Shown one piece after another: positions 30,941-39,134 of a DNA stretch of 64,000 nucleotides. The stretch is from Acholeplasmatales bacterium (GTDB lineage Bacteria; Bacillota_I; Bacilli_A; ML615J-28; CAG-313), in contig DPOU01000027.1 of NCBI GenBank assembly GCA_003539625.1, positions 53,332-117,331 of the forward strand. Direction: 5' to 3'. Both the position numbers and the translations under genes were made by a program. Numbering within the stretch: position 1 is the first letter of the stretch; each line of letters opens with the position of its first letter. The notes beneath the pieces are model-generated. The model saw only the letters and a list, made by a program, of their open reading frames with translations, was not told where the DNA came from and made no database searches.

Positions 30941-33271
30941 ATGGAAACGATTAATGGAGTTATTAACAGAATAAACTATTATAAAGATGACACTGGTTAT
31001 ACCGTTGCCATTTTAGAAGTAGATTATAAAGATAAAAACATAGCGATGAAAAAGGCCAAAATCATTGGAAATACCATTCCAGTGGTTGGCTTTTTTGATA
31101 GAAAACCTAATATACACGAAGAATATGTTTTAGAAGGCGAATTTATAAGAGATTCTAACTATGGATTGCAATTTAAAATTAATAGTTATAAACGCAAACT
31201 GATTGCCAATGAAGAAGGTATTATAAGCTATCTTTCAAGTGAAATGTTTCCGGGAATTGGTCCTAAAATTGCAAAAATAATTATCGAAAATATTGGTGAA
31301 GATTGCTTATTAAAAATAAAAAATGATCCCCACATTTTAGATAGCATTAATCTAACCGACAAACAAAAACATGTTATTATTACGGGAATAATAAGTGATG
31401 AACAAAATCAAGAAAATGTTGTATTTTTCTTAGATAATGGTATAACTATGGATATGACTCACAAAATAATAAATTTGTTTGGCGCAAAAGCAAAAGAAAT
31501 AGTTTTAGAAAATCCATACATTTTGATGGAAAAAATTGAAAGATTTGGCTTCAAAAAAAATGATGCCTTTGCATTGAAACTAGGCATCGAAGAAAACAGT
31601 ATGATAAGACTAAAAGCTTTAACGGGATATGTTTTAGAAGAAGCGTTGTATAGTGCTGGTAATAGTTATATTTGTCGTAGTGATTTATATATTTTTGCAA
31701 CAAAGTATATAAATAAAGAAATCGATGGAAAAGTCTTCAATGAAGTAATAGCAATTCTCGAAAAAGAAAAGAAAGTTTACATAGATGAAGCAGACAATAT
31801 CTATGATTACAAAATGTATATTCAAGAAATTGAACTAGCTAGGGGTATTGCTAAAATACTAAAAGGTACTACCGATGACAATAAAAAACCACCAGTATAT
31901 GACAATGAATCAATAGCTGCTGAATATCAAAAAATCAAAGAAAAAAGTCATGTTGAATATAGTAAAGAACAAGAACAAGCGATATTGAATGCTTTTACTG
32001 AACCAATCATAATTATAACTGGTGGACCTGGTACAGGTAAAACAACTATTATCAAAGCAATTATTGAAATGTATTTTAAATTAAACAATGAAAATAAAGC
32101 ATTGCTAGATTACATTGCCTTACTTGCCCCGACAGGAAAAGCTGCCAAGCGCTTGAAAGAATCTACTAATATGCCAACAATGACAATTCATAAATTTTTG
32201 GGTTATATGGGTAGAAATAACTTCACTTATAATAAATATAACAAAACTGATGCTAAACTAATTATTGTCGATGAAGCATCAATGATGGATTTATCGCTTG
32301 CCTCATATTTGGTAACTTCAATGCAACCAGATGCAAGAATCATTATTGTTGGAGATGTTGACCAATTACCAAGTGTAGGTCCTGGACAAGTACTAAAAGA
32401 TCTAATAGATTCAAAAGAAATAAAAACTACTAGATTAACAAAAATACATCGTCAAGCAGAAGGTTCAAATATTATAAAATTAGCACATGATGTAAATGAA
32501 GGAATATTACCAGAAACTATTTTATCTAAACAGTCAGATAGGACCTTTATTCCAACTGATAATGAACATATTGCTAGTATTACCGTTGATATAGTAAAAA
32601 GATTTGTCAATAAGGGTTATGACATAAAAAAAGATATCCAAGTACTTATTCCGATGTACAGAGGAGATATAGGTATTAATGCTATTAATGCTAGAATTCA
32701 AGATGAAATAAATCCCCTTGATGAAACAGTTGGTGAAATAAAGTATTATGGTAATATATTCAGAGAAAATGATAAAGTTATTCAATTAGTAAATCGCGCT
32801 GAAAAAGGAATAATGAATGGAGATGTAGGTTACATTAGTCACTTTAAATATAAAAATTTAAAGATCAATGGGTTAGAAGTAATCTTTGATACAGTAAAAG
32901 TAAACTACACTTTAGAAGAACTTGAAGATTTAAGCTTAGCATATGCAATCAGTGTACACAAAGCACAAGGTGGCGAGTTTGATGTTGTAGTTATGCCATT
33001 TACTTTTCAACATTACATAATGTTAAGAAGAAAGTTAATTTATACAGGTGTAACAAGAGCCAAAAAGACTTTAATAATGGTTGGAGATGTTGCGGCAATG
33101 CAACAAGGAATTAAACGTATTGAAGCTAATAGAAAAACTATCTTAAAAGAAAAGCTAATAGAATTTATAAAAAATGATTCTTTATCAAGCATCAAGCAAC
33201 CATTAATAGAAGAAGATAGCTTAGGAGAAACTTTTTCAGAATTAGATCCTGATGATTTTAAAAACTTATAA
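30941..33271 (+). CDS. recD2: RecD2-like ATP-dependent DNA helicase (YrrC family)
   Basis: GGPGTGKTT Walker A plus SF1 motifs. 776 aa. Follows mnmA as in B. subtilis. Confidence 0.85.
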   Translation: METINGVINRINYYKDDTGYTVAILEVDYKDKNIAMKKAKIIGNTIPVVGFFDRKPNIHEEYVLEGEFIRDSNYGLQFKINSYKRKLIANEEGIISYLSSEMFPGIGPKIAKIIIENIGEDCLLKIKNDPHILDSINLTDKQKHVIITGIISDEQNQENVVFFLDNGITMDMTHKIINLFGAKAKEIVLENPYILMEKIERFGFKKNDAFALKLGIEENSMIRLKALTGYVLEEALYSAGNSYICRSDLYIFATKYINKEIDGKVFNEVIAILEKEKKVYIDEADNIYDYKMYIQEIELARGIAKILKGTTDDNKKPPVYDNESIAAEYQKIKEKSHVEYSKEQEQAILNAFTEPIIIITGGPGTGKTTIIKAIIEMYFKLNNENKALLDYIALLAPTGKAAKRLKESTNMPTMTIHKFLGYMGRNNFTYNKYNKTDAKLIIVDEASMMDLSLASYLVTSMQPDARIIIVGDVDQLPSVGPGQVLKDLIDSKEIKTTRLTKIHRQAEGSNIIKLAHDVNEGILPETILSKQSDRTFIPTDNEHIASITVDIVKRFVNKGYDIKKDIQVLIPMYRGDIGINAINARIQDEINPLDETVGEIKYYGNIFRENDKVIQLVNRAEKGIMNGDVGYISHFKYKNLKINGLEVIFDTVKVNYTLEELEDLSLAYAISVHKAQGGEFDVVVMPFTFQHYIMLRRKLIYTGVTRAKKTLIMVGDVAAMQQGIKRIEANRKTILKEKLIEFIKNDSLSSIKQPLIEEDSLGETFSELDPDDFKNL

Positions 33272-33441
33272 AAAATGGAAAAAGAAAAATAGTATATGAA
33301 AACTATTTTTCGACATAATAATATTGCATGAAGAAAGTATCTTGAGTTTTATTAGGAGAACATATAATATTCACTTTGTTTAGAACTATTAAATATACAG
33401 ATAAAATCCACTCATGCTACTATAGTCAAAGAGGTGACAAT

Positions 33442-33627
33442 ATGAAATCATCAGTCGTTCCGTTCGCAGCTGGAGCAATGACGGTTTTAGGAGTATGGAT
33501 GGTCGCTTCAAACAAAAAGAAAATAGACAAAATTGTGAAAAATGTAAGTGACACAATGAATCAAATGCTCCAAACATGTAAAAAGACATTACAGGAAGAT
33601 AGCTGCACTTGTAATAGTCAAAACTAA
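33442..33627 (+). CDS. Small (61 aa) membrane protein, hypothetical
   Basis: AAAGAGGTGA RBS followed by an ATG. One TM segment and a Cys-containing tail. Confidence 0.35.
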   Translation: MKSSVVPFAAGAMTVLGVWMVASNKKKIDKIVKNVSDTMNQMLQTCKKTLQEDSCTCNSQN

Positions 33628-33655
33628 AAAAGGCCTTTTTGGCCTTTTTATTCTT
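33627..33655. terminator. Bidirectional terminator between convergent genes
   Basis: aaaaaggcc ttttt ggccttttt. Confidence 0.7.
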
Positions 33656-35354
33656 TTTCTAAAATATTAATAATTGGTACAATAAGTGGTTTGCGATCAA
33701 TCTTTTGAAATAGAAATTGACCTAATTGCATTGATATTTGCTTTTCAAAATTTTTGATATTAATATTCTTATAATTCTTTAAAAGATTTACAACAATATC
33801 ACTAGCCTTTTGTTTAATAGTATTTTCTAAACTTTTTGAGGTAGCAGATTCAGTATCAGTAAAACCACATGATTTAACAATTGGAGAACCAATTAAACGT
33901 TTATTTTTTGATATTGTAAATGCAATACTAATGAGGCCTTCATCGGCCATTTTTTTACGTTCAGATAAAGTACTTGAATCAACAACATTTAATGATGAAT
34001 CTAAATATACGTTATCTGCGGTTACACAATGTTTAATTATTTTAGCACCTTTTTCACTAAATGAAATTGCATCACCTGGATCTAAAACAAAACAATTTTC
34101 TTTTTTAATGCCTAGTTCAGTTGCAATTCTAGCATGTTCTTTTAACATTAAATATTCACCATGAACTGGCATAAAATATTTAGGTTGCATAAAAGACAAC
34201 ATCATACGTATTTCATTTTGAGAAGCGTGTCCGGTTGTATGCGTATCAGTAAGTGGACTATTTTGAATTACGTGAGCACCAGCATGTACTAAGTTGTTGA
34301 TATTACGATTTACAAATATTTCATTGCCAGGTATTGCTTTACTTGAATAAATGACAGTATCATTTGGCAATAGTTTGATTTGCTTGTGACTGCCATTTGC
34401 AATTCTTGAAAGGGCCGCAAGGGGTTCACCTTGAGAACCAGTACATAGAATAGTAACATTATCAGTATCTTGCTTCTTTAGTTCACGTGAATTTAGTACC
34501 CAACCTTTTGGATAAGTAATATATTTCAACTTAGAAGCAATTTCGATAGTTTTTTCCATACTATGTCCAAATACAATAACTTTACGATTTGAAGCAACAC
34601 TAGCATCAATTATTTGTTGTACTCTAAAGACATTTGATGCAAATGCCGCAACGATAATGCGTCCTTCAATATGACTGAATAAATTCATTAAATTTTCACC
34701 AATTTTTCTTTCACCTTGCGAAAAATTAGAAATATCAGCATTAGTACTATCTGATAATAAGCATAAAACACCTTCTTTGCCTAAAGAGGTCATTTTGTAA
34801 TAGTCAGGTTTAGCTCCAACAGGGTTGAAATCAAATTTAAAATCTCCAGTATTAACGATATAACCAAGTCTAGTTTTTATAGCAATACCAAAAGAATCAG
34901 GAATACTATGATTTGTTCTAAAAAATGATACTTCAAAGTTATTAAATTTATAATTAGAGTTATCATTGAATTTTATTAGTTTATACTGAATATTAGGGAA
35001 TTCACTTAGTTTGTTTTCAATAAACCCAACTGCTATACCAGTTGTGTAGATTGCGGGGACATTTACTTGTTCTAGTAAAAAAGGTATTGCACCAATATGA
35101 TCTTCATGACCATGGGTGATAAATAATCCAACAATCTTTTTTTCGTTTTGTTTTAAATAAGTGAAGTCAGGAATTACATAATTAACGCCATGTACATCGT
35201 CGTCTGCAAATAATATTCCTGCATCCATTATGATGATTTCATCGCCAGATTCAACAACATACATATTCATGCCAACAACACCTAAACCACCAAGTGAATA
35301 AACACGGATATCATTGTTTTGTTTAATGATTTTCTTTTTAGGGTTATCTTTCAT
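33648..35354 (-). CDS. rnj: Ribonuclease J
   Basis: MBL motif HGHEDHIGA plus beta-CASP domain. 568 aa. Confidence 0.9.
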   Translation of the reverse strand: MKDNPKKKIIKQNNDIRVYSLGGLGVVGMNMYVVESGDEIIIMDAGILFADDDVHGVNYVIPDFTYLKQNEKKIVGLFITHGHEDHIGAIPFLLEQVNVPAIYTTGIAVGFIENKLSEFPNIQYKLIKFNDNSNYKFNNFEVSFFRTNHSIPDSFGIAIKTRLGYIVNTGDFKFDFNPVGAKPDYYKMTSLGKEGVLCLLSDSTNADISNFSQGERKIGENLMNLFSHIEGRIIVAAFASNVFRVQQIIDASVASNRKVIVFGHSMEKTIEIASKLKYITYPKGWVLNSRELKKQDTDNVTILCTGSQGEPLAALSRIANGSHKQIKLLPNDTVIYSSKAIPGNEIFVNRNINNLVHAGAHVIQNSPLTDTHTTGHASQNEIRMMLSFMQPKYFMPVHGEYLMLKEHARIATELGIKKENCFVLDPGDAISFSEKGAKIIKHCVTADNVYLDSSLNVVDSSTLSERKKMADEGLISIAFTISKNKRLIGSPIVKSCGFTDTESATSKSLENTIKQKASDIVVNLLKNYKNINIKNFEKQISMQLGQFLFQKIDRKPLIVPIINILEKE

Positions 35355-35487
35355 TTTTTCCTCCTTTCATAAAAAATATATATTTATCTTTAAATAGATT
35401 ATAATTATTATACTCTAAAATCTAAAAAAAGTCAACTCGTTGAAAGCATATAATGAAGTATGATATAATCTAAACGAGGTAATAATT

Positions 35488-36276
35488 ATGAATGAACGTA
35501 AAGCTCTATTTTTCGACATCGATGGAACGCTCTTTGATGGTAATACTAAATCAGTTCTACCATCATCTATTGATATGTTAAACCAATTAAAAACTCATCC
35601 TGATTATGATTTATATTTATCAACGGGAAGATCGAGACAAACCTTGGGGAAACTATCTGCTTTTCAAGAATACTTTAGAGGTATGAATTTATCTAATGGC
35701 CAAGAAGTGTATGTAGATGGGGAAATAATTTACGAGGCTTATTTAGAAAAAGAAGATGTAAAAAAATTAATAGAAATAAGTGAAAAAGAAAACTATCCAA
35801 TGGGATTGATTACAACTAAAGAAGTTGAAATGACTTATTTTACACCGGAAAGTGCTAAAAGTTTTAGTGAGTATATTAGTGCAAATGTAATTGATTTAAA
35901 CCATAAACCTTTTGATATCAACAAAAAGGTAATGCAAGTATGGTTATTCAGTGAAAATGATAAAATTGAAAAGTTAACCAAAGCATTTCCTAATTTAAAC
36001 ATTATAAGATGGGGGAATTATGGTGCCGATATAATTCCTAATGGCTCATCAAAAGCTAATGGGATAAACAAGATTGTAGAAAAAATAGGCTACAAAAAAG
36101 AAAATATGTATGCATTTGGTGATGGCGATAATGACGCAGAAATGTTTAAAGTAGTTGGAACTAGTGTTGCGATGGGTAATGCTAGTAAAATTGCTAAAGA
36201 CAATGCCACTTTTGTGACAGATACTATTGACAACGATGGTTTATATAGAGCAGTTAAAAAAATTGGATTGATATAA
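35488..36276 (+). CDS. Cof-type HAD-IIB family hydrolase
   Basis: LFFDIDGTL and GDGDNDAEMF motifs. Confidence 0.75.
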   Translation: MNERKALFFDIDGTLFDGNTKSVLPSSIDMLNQLKTHPDYDLYLSTGRSRQTLGKLSAFQEYFRGMNLSNGQEVYVDGEIIYEAYLEKEDVKKLIEISEKENYPMGLITTKEVEMTYFTPESAKSFSEYISANVIDLNHKPFDINKKVMQVWLFSENDKIEKLTKAFPNLNIIRWGNYGADIIPNGSSKANGINKIVEKIGYKKENMYAFGDGDNDAEMFKVVGTSVAMGNASKIAKDNATFVTDTIDNDGLYRAVKKIGLI

Positions 36277-36300
36277 AAAAACTCCCTTAGGGGAGTTTAT
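36275..36300. terminator. Bidirectional terminator (HAD hydrolase / def)
   Basis: aaactccc tta gggagttt hairpin overlapping both stop codons. Confidence 0.65.
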
Positions 36301-36863
36301 TCAAATTTAACAGGAGTAGAGTTTTCTACTATTTCAAATGGGTTGTTTTTATTAATACGATCAACAAATAAAATACCATTTAAATGGTCATATTCATGTT
36401 GGAATACCACGGCAACATAACCTTTTAATCTAAGTTTGCAGTGATTAAGCTTACCATCATTATATAAATAAGTGTCAACAGTAACACGTTTAGCACGGTG
36501 GACTAACCCTTTTACTTCACGATCAACCGATAAGCAACCTTCACCACCTTCTAAGTAAGTTTTTTCTTCAGAATAACTAACTAATTTAGGATTAATCATT
36601 GGGTAAAAATGGAGATTACCTGCTTCGTCATCAGTTAATATTACAAGCATTTTTTTATTAAGCCCTATTTGTGGTGCCGCAAGTCCTACACCAGGTCGTA
36701 AATCATATTTTTTAGATAACTCCTCATCTTGAGAATTTTCTAAATATTCAATCATATTATTTATTGCATCTTCGTCTTCTTTAGATAAAGGTAGTTCTAC
36801 ATCTACACATTTAGTGCGTAAAATGGGGTTTCCTTCTTTAATTATGTCTTTCATTAATATCAT
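36297..36863 (-). CDS. def: Peptide deformylase
   Basis: GVGLAAPQIG, EGCLS and HEYDHLNG motifs. Confidence 0.9.
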   Translation of the reverse strand: MILMKDIIKEGNPILRTKCVDVELPLSKEDEDAINNMIEYLENSQDEELSKKYDLRPGVGLAAPQIGLNKKMLVILTDDEAGNLHFYPMINPKLVSYSEEKTYLEGGEGCLSVDREVKGLVHRAKRVTVDTYLYNDGKLNHCKLRLKGYVAVVFQHEYDHLNGILFVDRINKNNPFEIVENSTPVKFE

Positions 36864-36887
36864 GTTATAACAACCTCCATATTATTT

Positions 36888-36916
36888 ATTATACTAAAAA
36901 AAATAATATCTGACAA
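36888..36916 (-). promoter_or_regulatory. Sigma-A-type promoter for def
   Basis: Minus strand: TTGTCA, 17-nt spacer, TATAAT. GGAGG RBS before the def start. Confidence 0.55.
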
Positions 36917-36932
36917 GTAAATTAACATAAAA

Positions 36933-36962
36933 GAAAAAAGGTTCTAATGAACCTTTTTCGCT
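36933..36962. terminator. Hairpin terminator between the second yjcZ-like gene and def
   Basis: aaaggttc taat gaaccttt flanked by A-run and T-run. Confidence 0.65.
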
Positions 36963-36969
36963 TTTTAAA

Positions 36970-37110
36970 CTACCAACGTGCTGTACCGATGATAACTAAA
37001 AGAATGAATAATACAAGGATGAGTGCATATCCATAACCACCGAATGTATTTGTGTTACAACAAGGGTTAGTTTGCCCACAACAATTGTAGCCATAATTTG
37101 GTTGATACAT
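36970..37110 (-). CDS. YjcZ-family small protein (46 aa) with a Cys-rich N-terminal tail, absent from the ORF track
   Basis: Minus-strand translation MYQPNYGYNCCGQTNPCCNTNTFGGYGYALILVLFILLVIIGTARW. RBS GGAGGG (revcomp of 37115-37120). The hydrophobic core is almost identical to the 25461 peptide. Confidence 0.55.
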   Translation of the reverse strand: MYQPNYGYNCCGQTNPCCNTNTFGGYGYALILVLFILLVIIGTARW

Positions 37111-37126
37111 AATTTCCCTCCTTTTT

Positions 37127-37145
37127 AAGTTGTTATTAACAACTT
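37127..37145. promoter_or_regulatory. 19-bp perfect palindrome AAGTTGTTA-T-TAACAACTT in a divergent promoter region
   Basis: Read directly from the sequence. Lies between the minus-strand yjcZ-like gene and the plus-strand UPF0223 gene. A TTGCCT-18-TATAAT promoter follows at about 37186-37215. Confidence 0.35.
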
Positions 37146-37223
37146 CATTGTATAATATGATAAAACGAATATATTGAATATTTATTTGCCTAGATTATTA
37201 AAAATGTGGTATAATATTTATAG

Positions 37224-37505
37224 GTGATGCATATGAAAAAGAAATATAATAATAAAGAAACTTTAGATGAAACATACGAAATTGATTATGATTTATTTAC
37301 GGTTGAAGAAATAATAAAAATTATTCAATTTTATCAACTAATGGGACAATATAAAAATAATAAAGTTAGTAAGCAAAAGATAAAAGAAGCTTATTTAGAA
37401 TATAAAAATATTATAAATAATTTATCTTTGGAAAAACGCTATAATGAAAATTTTTATCAAAAAACTGGCATTTCAATATATCAGACAATAAAGTCTATTG
37501 AATAG
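37224..37505 (+). CDS. UPF0223 (YktA-like) family protein
   Basis: C-terminus ..FYQKTGISIYQTIKSIE matches the YktA family ending ..SGYSIYRTIQRAKE. Confidence 0.55.
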   Translation: MMHMKKKYNNKETLDETYEIDYDLFTVEEIIKIIQFYQLMGQYKNNKVSKQKIKEAYLEYKNIINNLSLEKRYNENFYQKTGISIYQTIKSIE

Positions 37506-37737
37506 CATCATGGTTTTGTCTAATTCCTAAATAGTTTTCAATGCGGGTGACGCGTTTATAAAGATCGTTTATTTGCCTTTTTAATTCGTCAATTTCAGTG
37601 TCCATTATATTCATATCATAGTTAGTGAGTTGTGGCTGACCTTGTTGATATGGCATTTGAGGTTGGTAATAGTTAGGATATGGATATCCATAGTTTGCTT
37701 GGCGATTGTTGTTATTTTTTTTCAAAAAATTAAACAT
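37495..37737 (-). CDS. Hypothetical 80-aa protein: Pro/Tyr/Gln-rich N-terminus plus C-terminal coiled coil
   Basis: NYGYPYPNYYQPQMPYQQGQPQ low-complexity segment followed by a heptad-like C-terminus. No confident family assignment. Confidence 0.35.
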   Translation of the reverse strand: MFNFLKKNNNNRQANYGYPYPNYYQPQMPYQQGQPQLTNYDMNIMDTEIDELKRQINDLYKRVTRIENYLGIRQNHDAIQ

Positions 37738-37830
37738 TTCAATTCTCCTTTCAATTTATCATATGTAAAAAATAAACTTTTGTCACAAAATGTTATTTTT
37801 ATAATAAATTAAAAGTAGGAGGGATAAACT

Positions 37831-38208
37831 ATGGCTAGTCGAATGGATGAATTTAGAGCCTTTCTTACAAAATATCCAGGAATAGTAGAAGATGTAAAAA
37901 ACGGCAATCATAGTTGGCAACAAATGTATGAAAACTGGGTAGTACTTGGTGAAAATGATGCTTCATGGCAAAAGTATCAAACGGCGCCTGTATTAAAAGA
38001 AACCGAACAAAAAGCAAAAAGCAACACGATTGAAGAATTGTTATCATCTACTAGTTTAAAAAACGTTGTAAATTATGTAAAAAAAATTGACCCAGATTCA
38101 ATTAGTAAAACACTAAACACGGTTCAAAAAGTATTGCAGATTACCCAAAGCTTTGGGGGAAGACCTACCGGAATATATAATAACAATTACAACAGTTGGT
38201 GGGATTAA
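37831..38208 (+). CDS. YlbD-like (putative spore coat) protein
   Basis: EFRAFLTKYPGIVEDVKNGNHSWQQMYENWVVLGENDASWQKY matches the YlbD_coat pattern as I recall it. Adjacent to a YlbE-like gene as in B. subtilis. Confidence 0.45.
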   Translation: MASRMDEFRAFLTKYPGIVEDVKNGNHSWQQMYENWVVLGENDASWQKYQTAPVLKETEQKAKSNTIEELLSSTSLKNVVNYVKKIDPDSISKTLNTVQKVLQITQSFGGRPTGIYNNNYNSWWD

Positions 38209-38432
38209 TGTTACAAACGGTTTTAGATAAAATATATGGTAATGATGTATATTTAAATTATTTGCGTTATAATCCAAGATGGTATGTTACTTTAAATGAA
38301 AATCCTGCCAGTATTAATGATTTTGAAAAAGAAGTAAAAATAAATCTAAAAATGACCACATCTGATAAAATTGAAAATCTACGTAAGCAAATTGATTTTA
38401 TTAATGGAATGTTAAAATATTTAAATAGTTAA
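38196..38432 (+). CDS. YlbE-like protein
   Basis: LRYNPRWYVTLNENPASINDFEKE matches the YlbE pattern (..QPIWYRKLSRNPEEAASFE..). 78 aa. Overlaps the ylbD-like stop. Confidence 0.45.
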   Translation: MVGLMLQTVLDKIYGNDVYLNYLRYNPRWYVTLNENPASINDFEKEVKINLKMTTSDKIENLRKQIDFINGMLKYLNS

Positions 38433-38460
38433 TGTGTCAAGTGTTTTTGCTTGACACATT
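38432..38460 (+). terminator. Hairpin terminator
   Basis: atgtgtcaag / cttgacacat 10-bp stem. Weak T-tract. Confidence 0.5.
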
Positions 38461-38510
38461 TAATAAAATATGCTAAAATATCTAGGTAAATAAATTTGGA
38501 GGCAAATATT

Positions 38511-38783
38511 ATGGTAAGATTAAGATCACAAAGATATGGTTCTAAAAAGAGTCCCTTCTATCGTATTGTAGCAACAGATTCACGCAATCCACGTGATGGA
38601 CGATTTATTGAAGTTGTAGGTACATATGACCCACTAACTAATCCAGCTACAGTTAAACTTGATGAAGAAAAAGTAATGAAATGGTTAAGTTTAGGCGCAA
38701 AACCTACTGATACTGTAAAATCTTTATTGTCAAAAGAAGGTCTACTTGCTAAATTTTTAGAAAACCAAACAAAAGGTGAATAG
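38511..38783 (+). CDS. rpsP: 30S ribosomal protein S16
   Basis: [34 protein letters not shown].. with GGAGG RBS. The ORF-track start at 38496 is a TTG extension. Confidence 0.9.
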   Translation: MVRLRSQRYGSKKSPFYRIVATDSRNPRDGRFIEVVGTYDPLTNPATVKLDEEKVMKWLSLGAKPTDTVKSLLSKEGLLAKFLENQTKGE

Positions 38784-38792
38784 GTGTAGATA

Positions 38793-39056
38793 ATGGCTGA
38801 AGTTAATTACGAAAACTTAGTAATAGAATTAATTAAGCCACTTGTAACACATCCTGGTGATGTAAAAGCGACTAGTTCTACAGAAGATGATAAAGTTTTG
38901 GTTAAAGTAAAAGTTAATCAAGATGACTTAGGAAGAGTTATTGGCAAGAAAGGACGAGTTGCAAGTGCAATTAGAACACTTGCTCATGCGGTAGCAATTC
39001 GCCAAAAGCAAAATGTGGATATAGAATTTAGTGCAGACGAAGAAAGTTCCAACTAA
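38793..39056 (+). CDS. khpA: KH-domain RNA-binding protein KhpA (YlqC/UPF0109)
   Basis: VIGKKGRVASAIRTLAH KH motif. Conserved position after rpsP. Confidence 0.8.
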   Translation: MAEVNYENLVIELIKPLVTHPGDVKATSSTEDDKVLVKVKVNQDDLGRVIGKKGRVASAIRTLAHAVAIRQKQNVDIEFSADEESSN

Positions 39057-39073
39057 GTTGGGACTTTTTATTT
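39046..39073 (+). terminator. Rho-independent terminator after khpA
   Basis: gttccaact a agttgggac (one mismatch) followed by tttttatttg. Confidence 0.6.
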
Positions 39074-39134
39074 GCAAAAAATCAAAAATTTAGGTATTAT
39101 ATGTATATAATAAAATTAAATAGGAGGTAATGAT

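Noticed and set aside
33389-33589. 66-aa minus-strand ORF
   Set aside because: It is antisense to the better-supported plus-strand small membrane protein (RBS plus ATG at 33442), and has no signals.
37738-37830. Possible sigma-A promoter (TTGTCA ... TATAAT) upstream of the ylbD-like gene
   Set aside because: Spacer is only about 14 nt. The gene is more likely under a sporulation-specific sigma factor, so no promoter is called.
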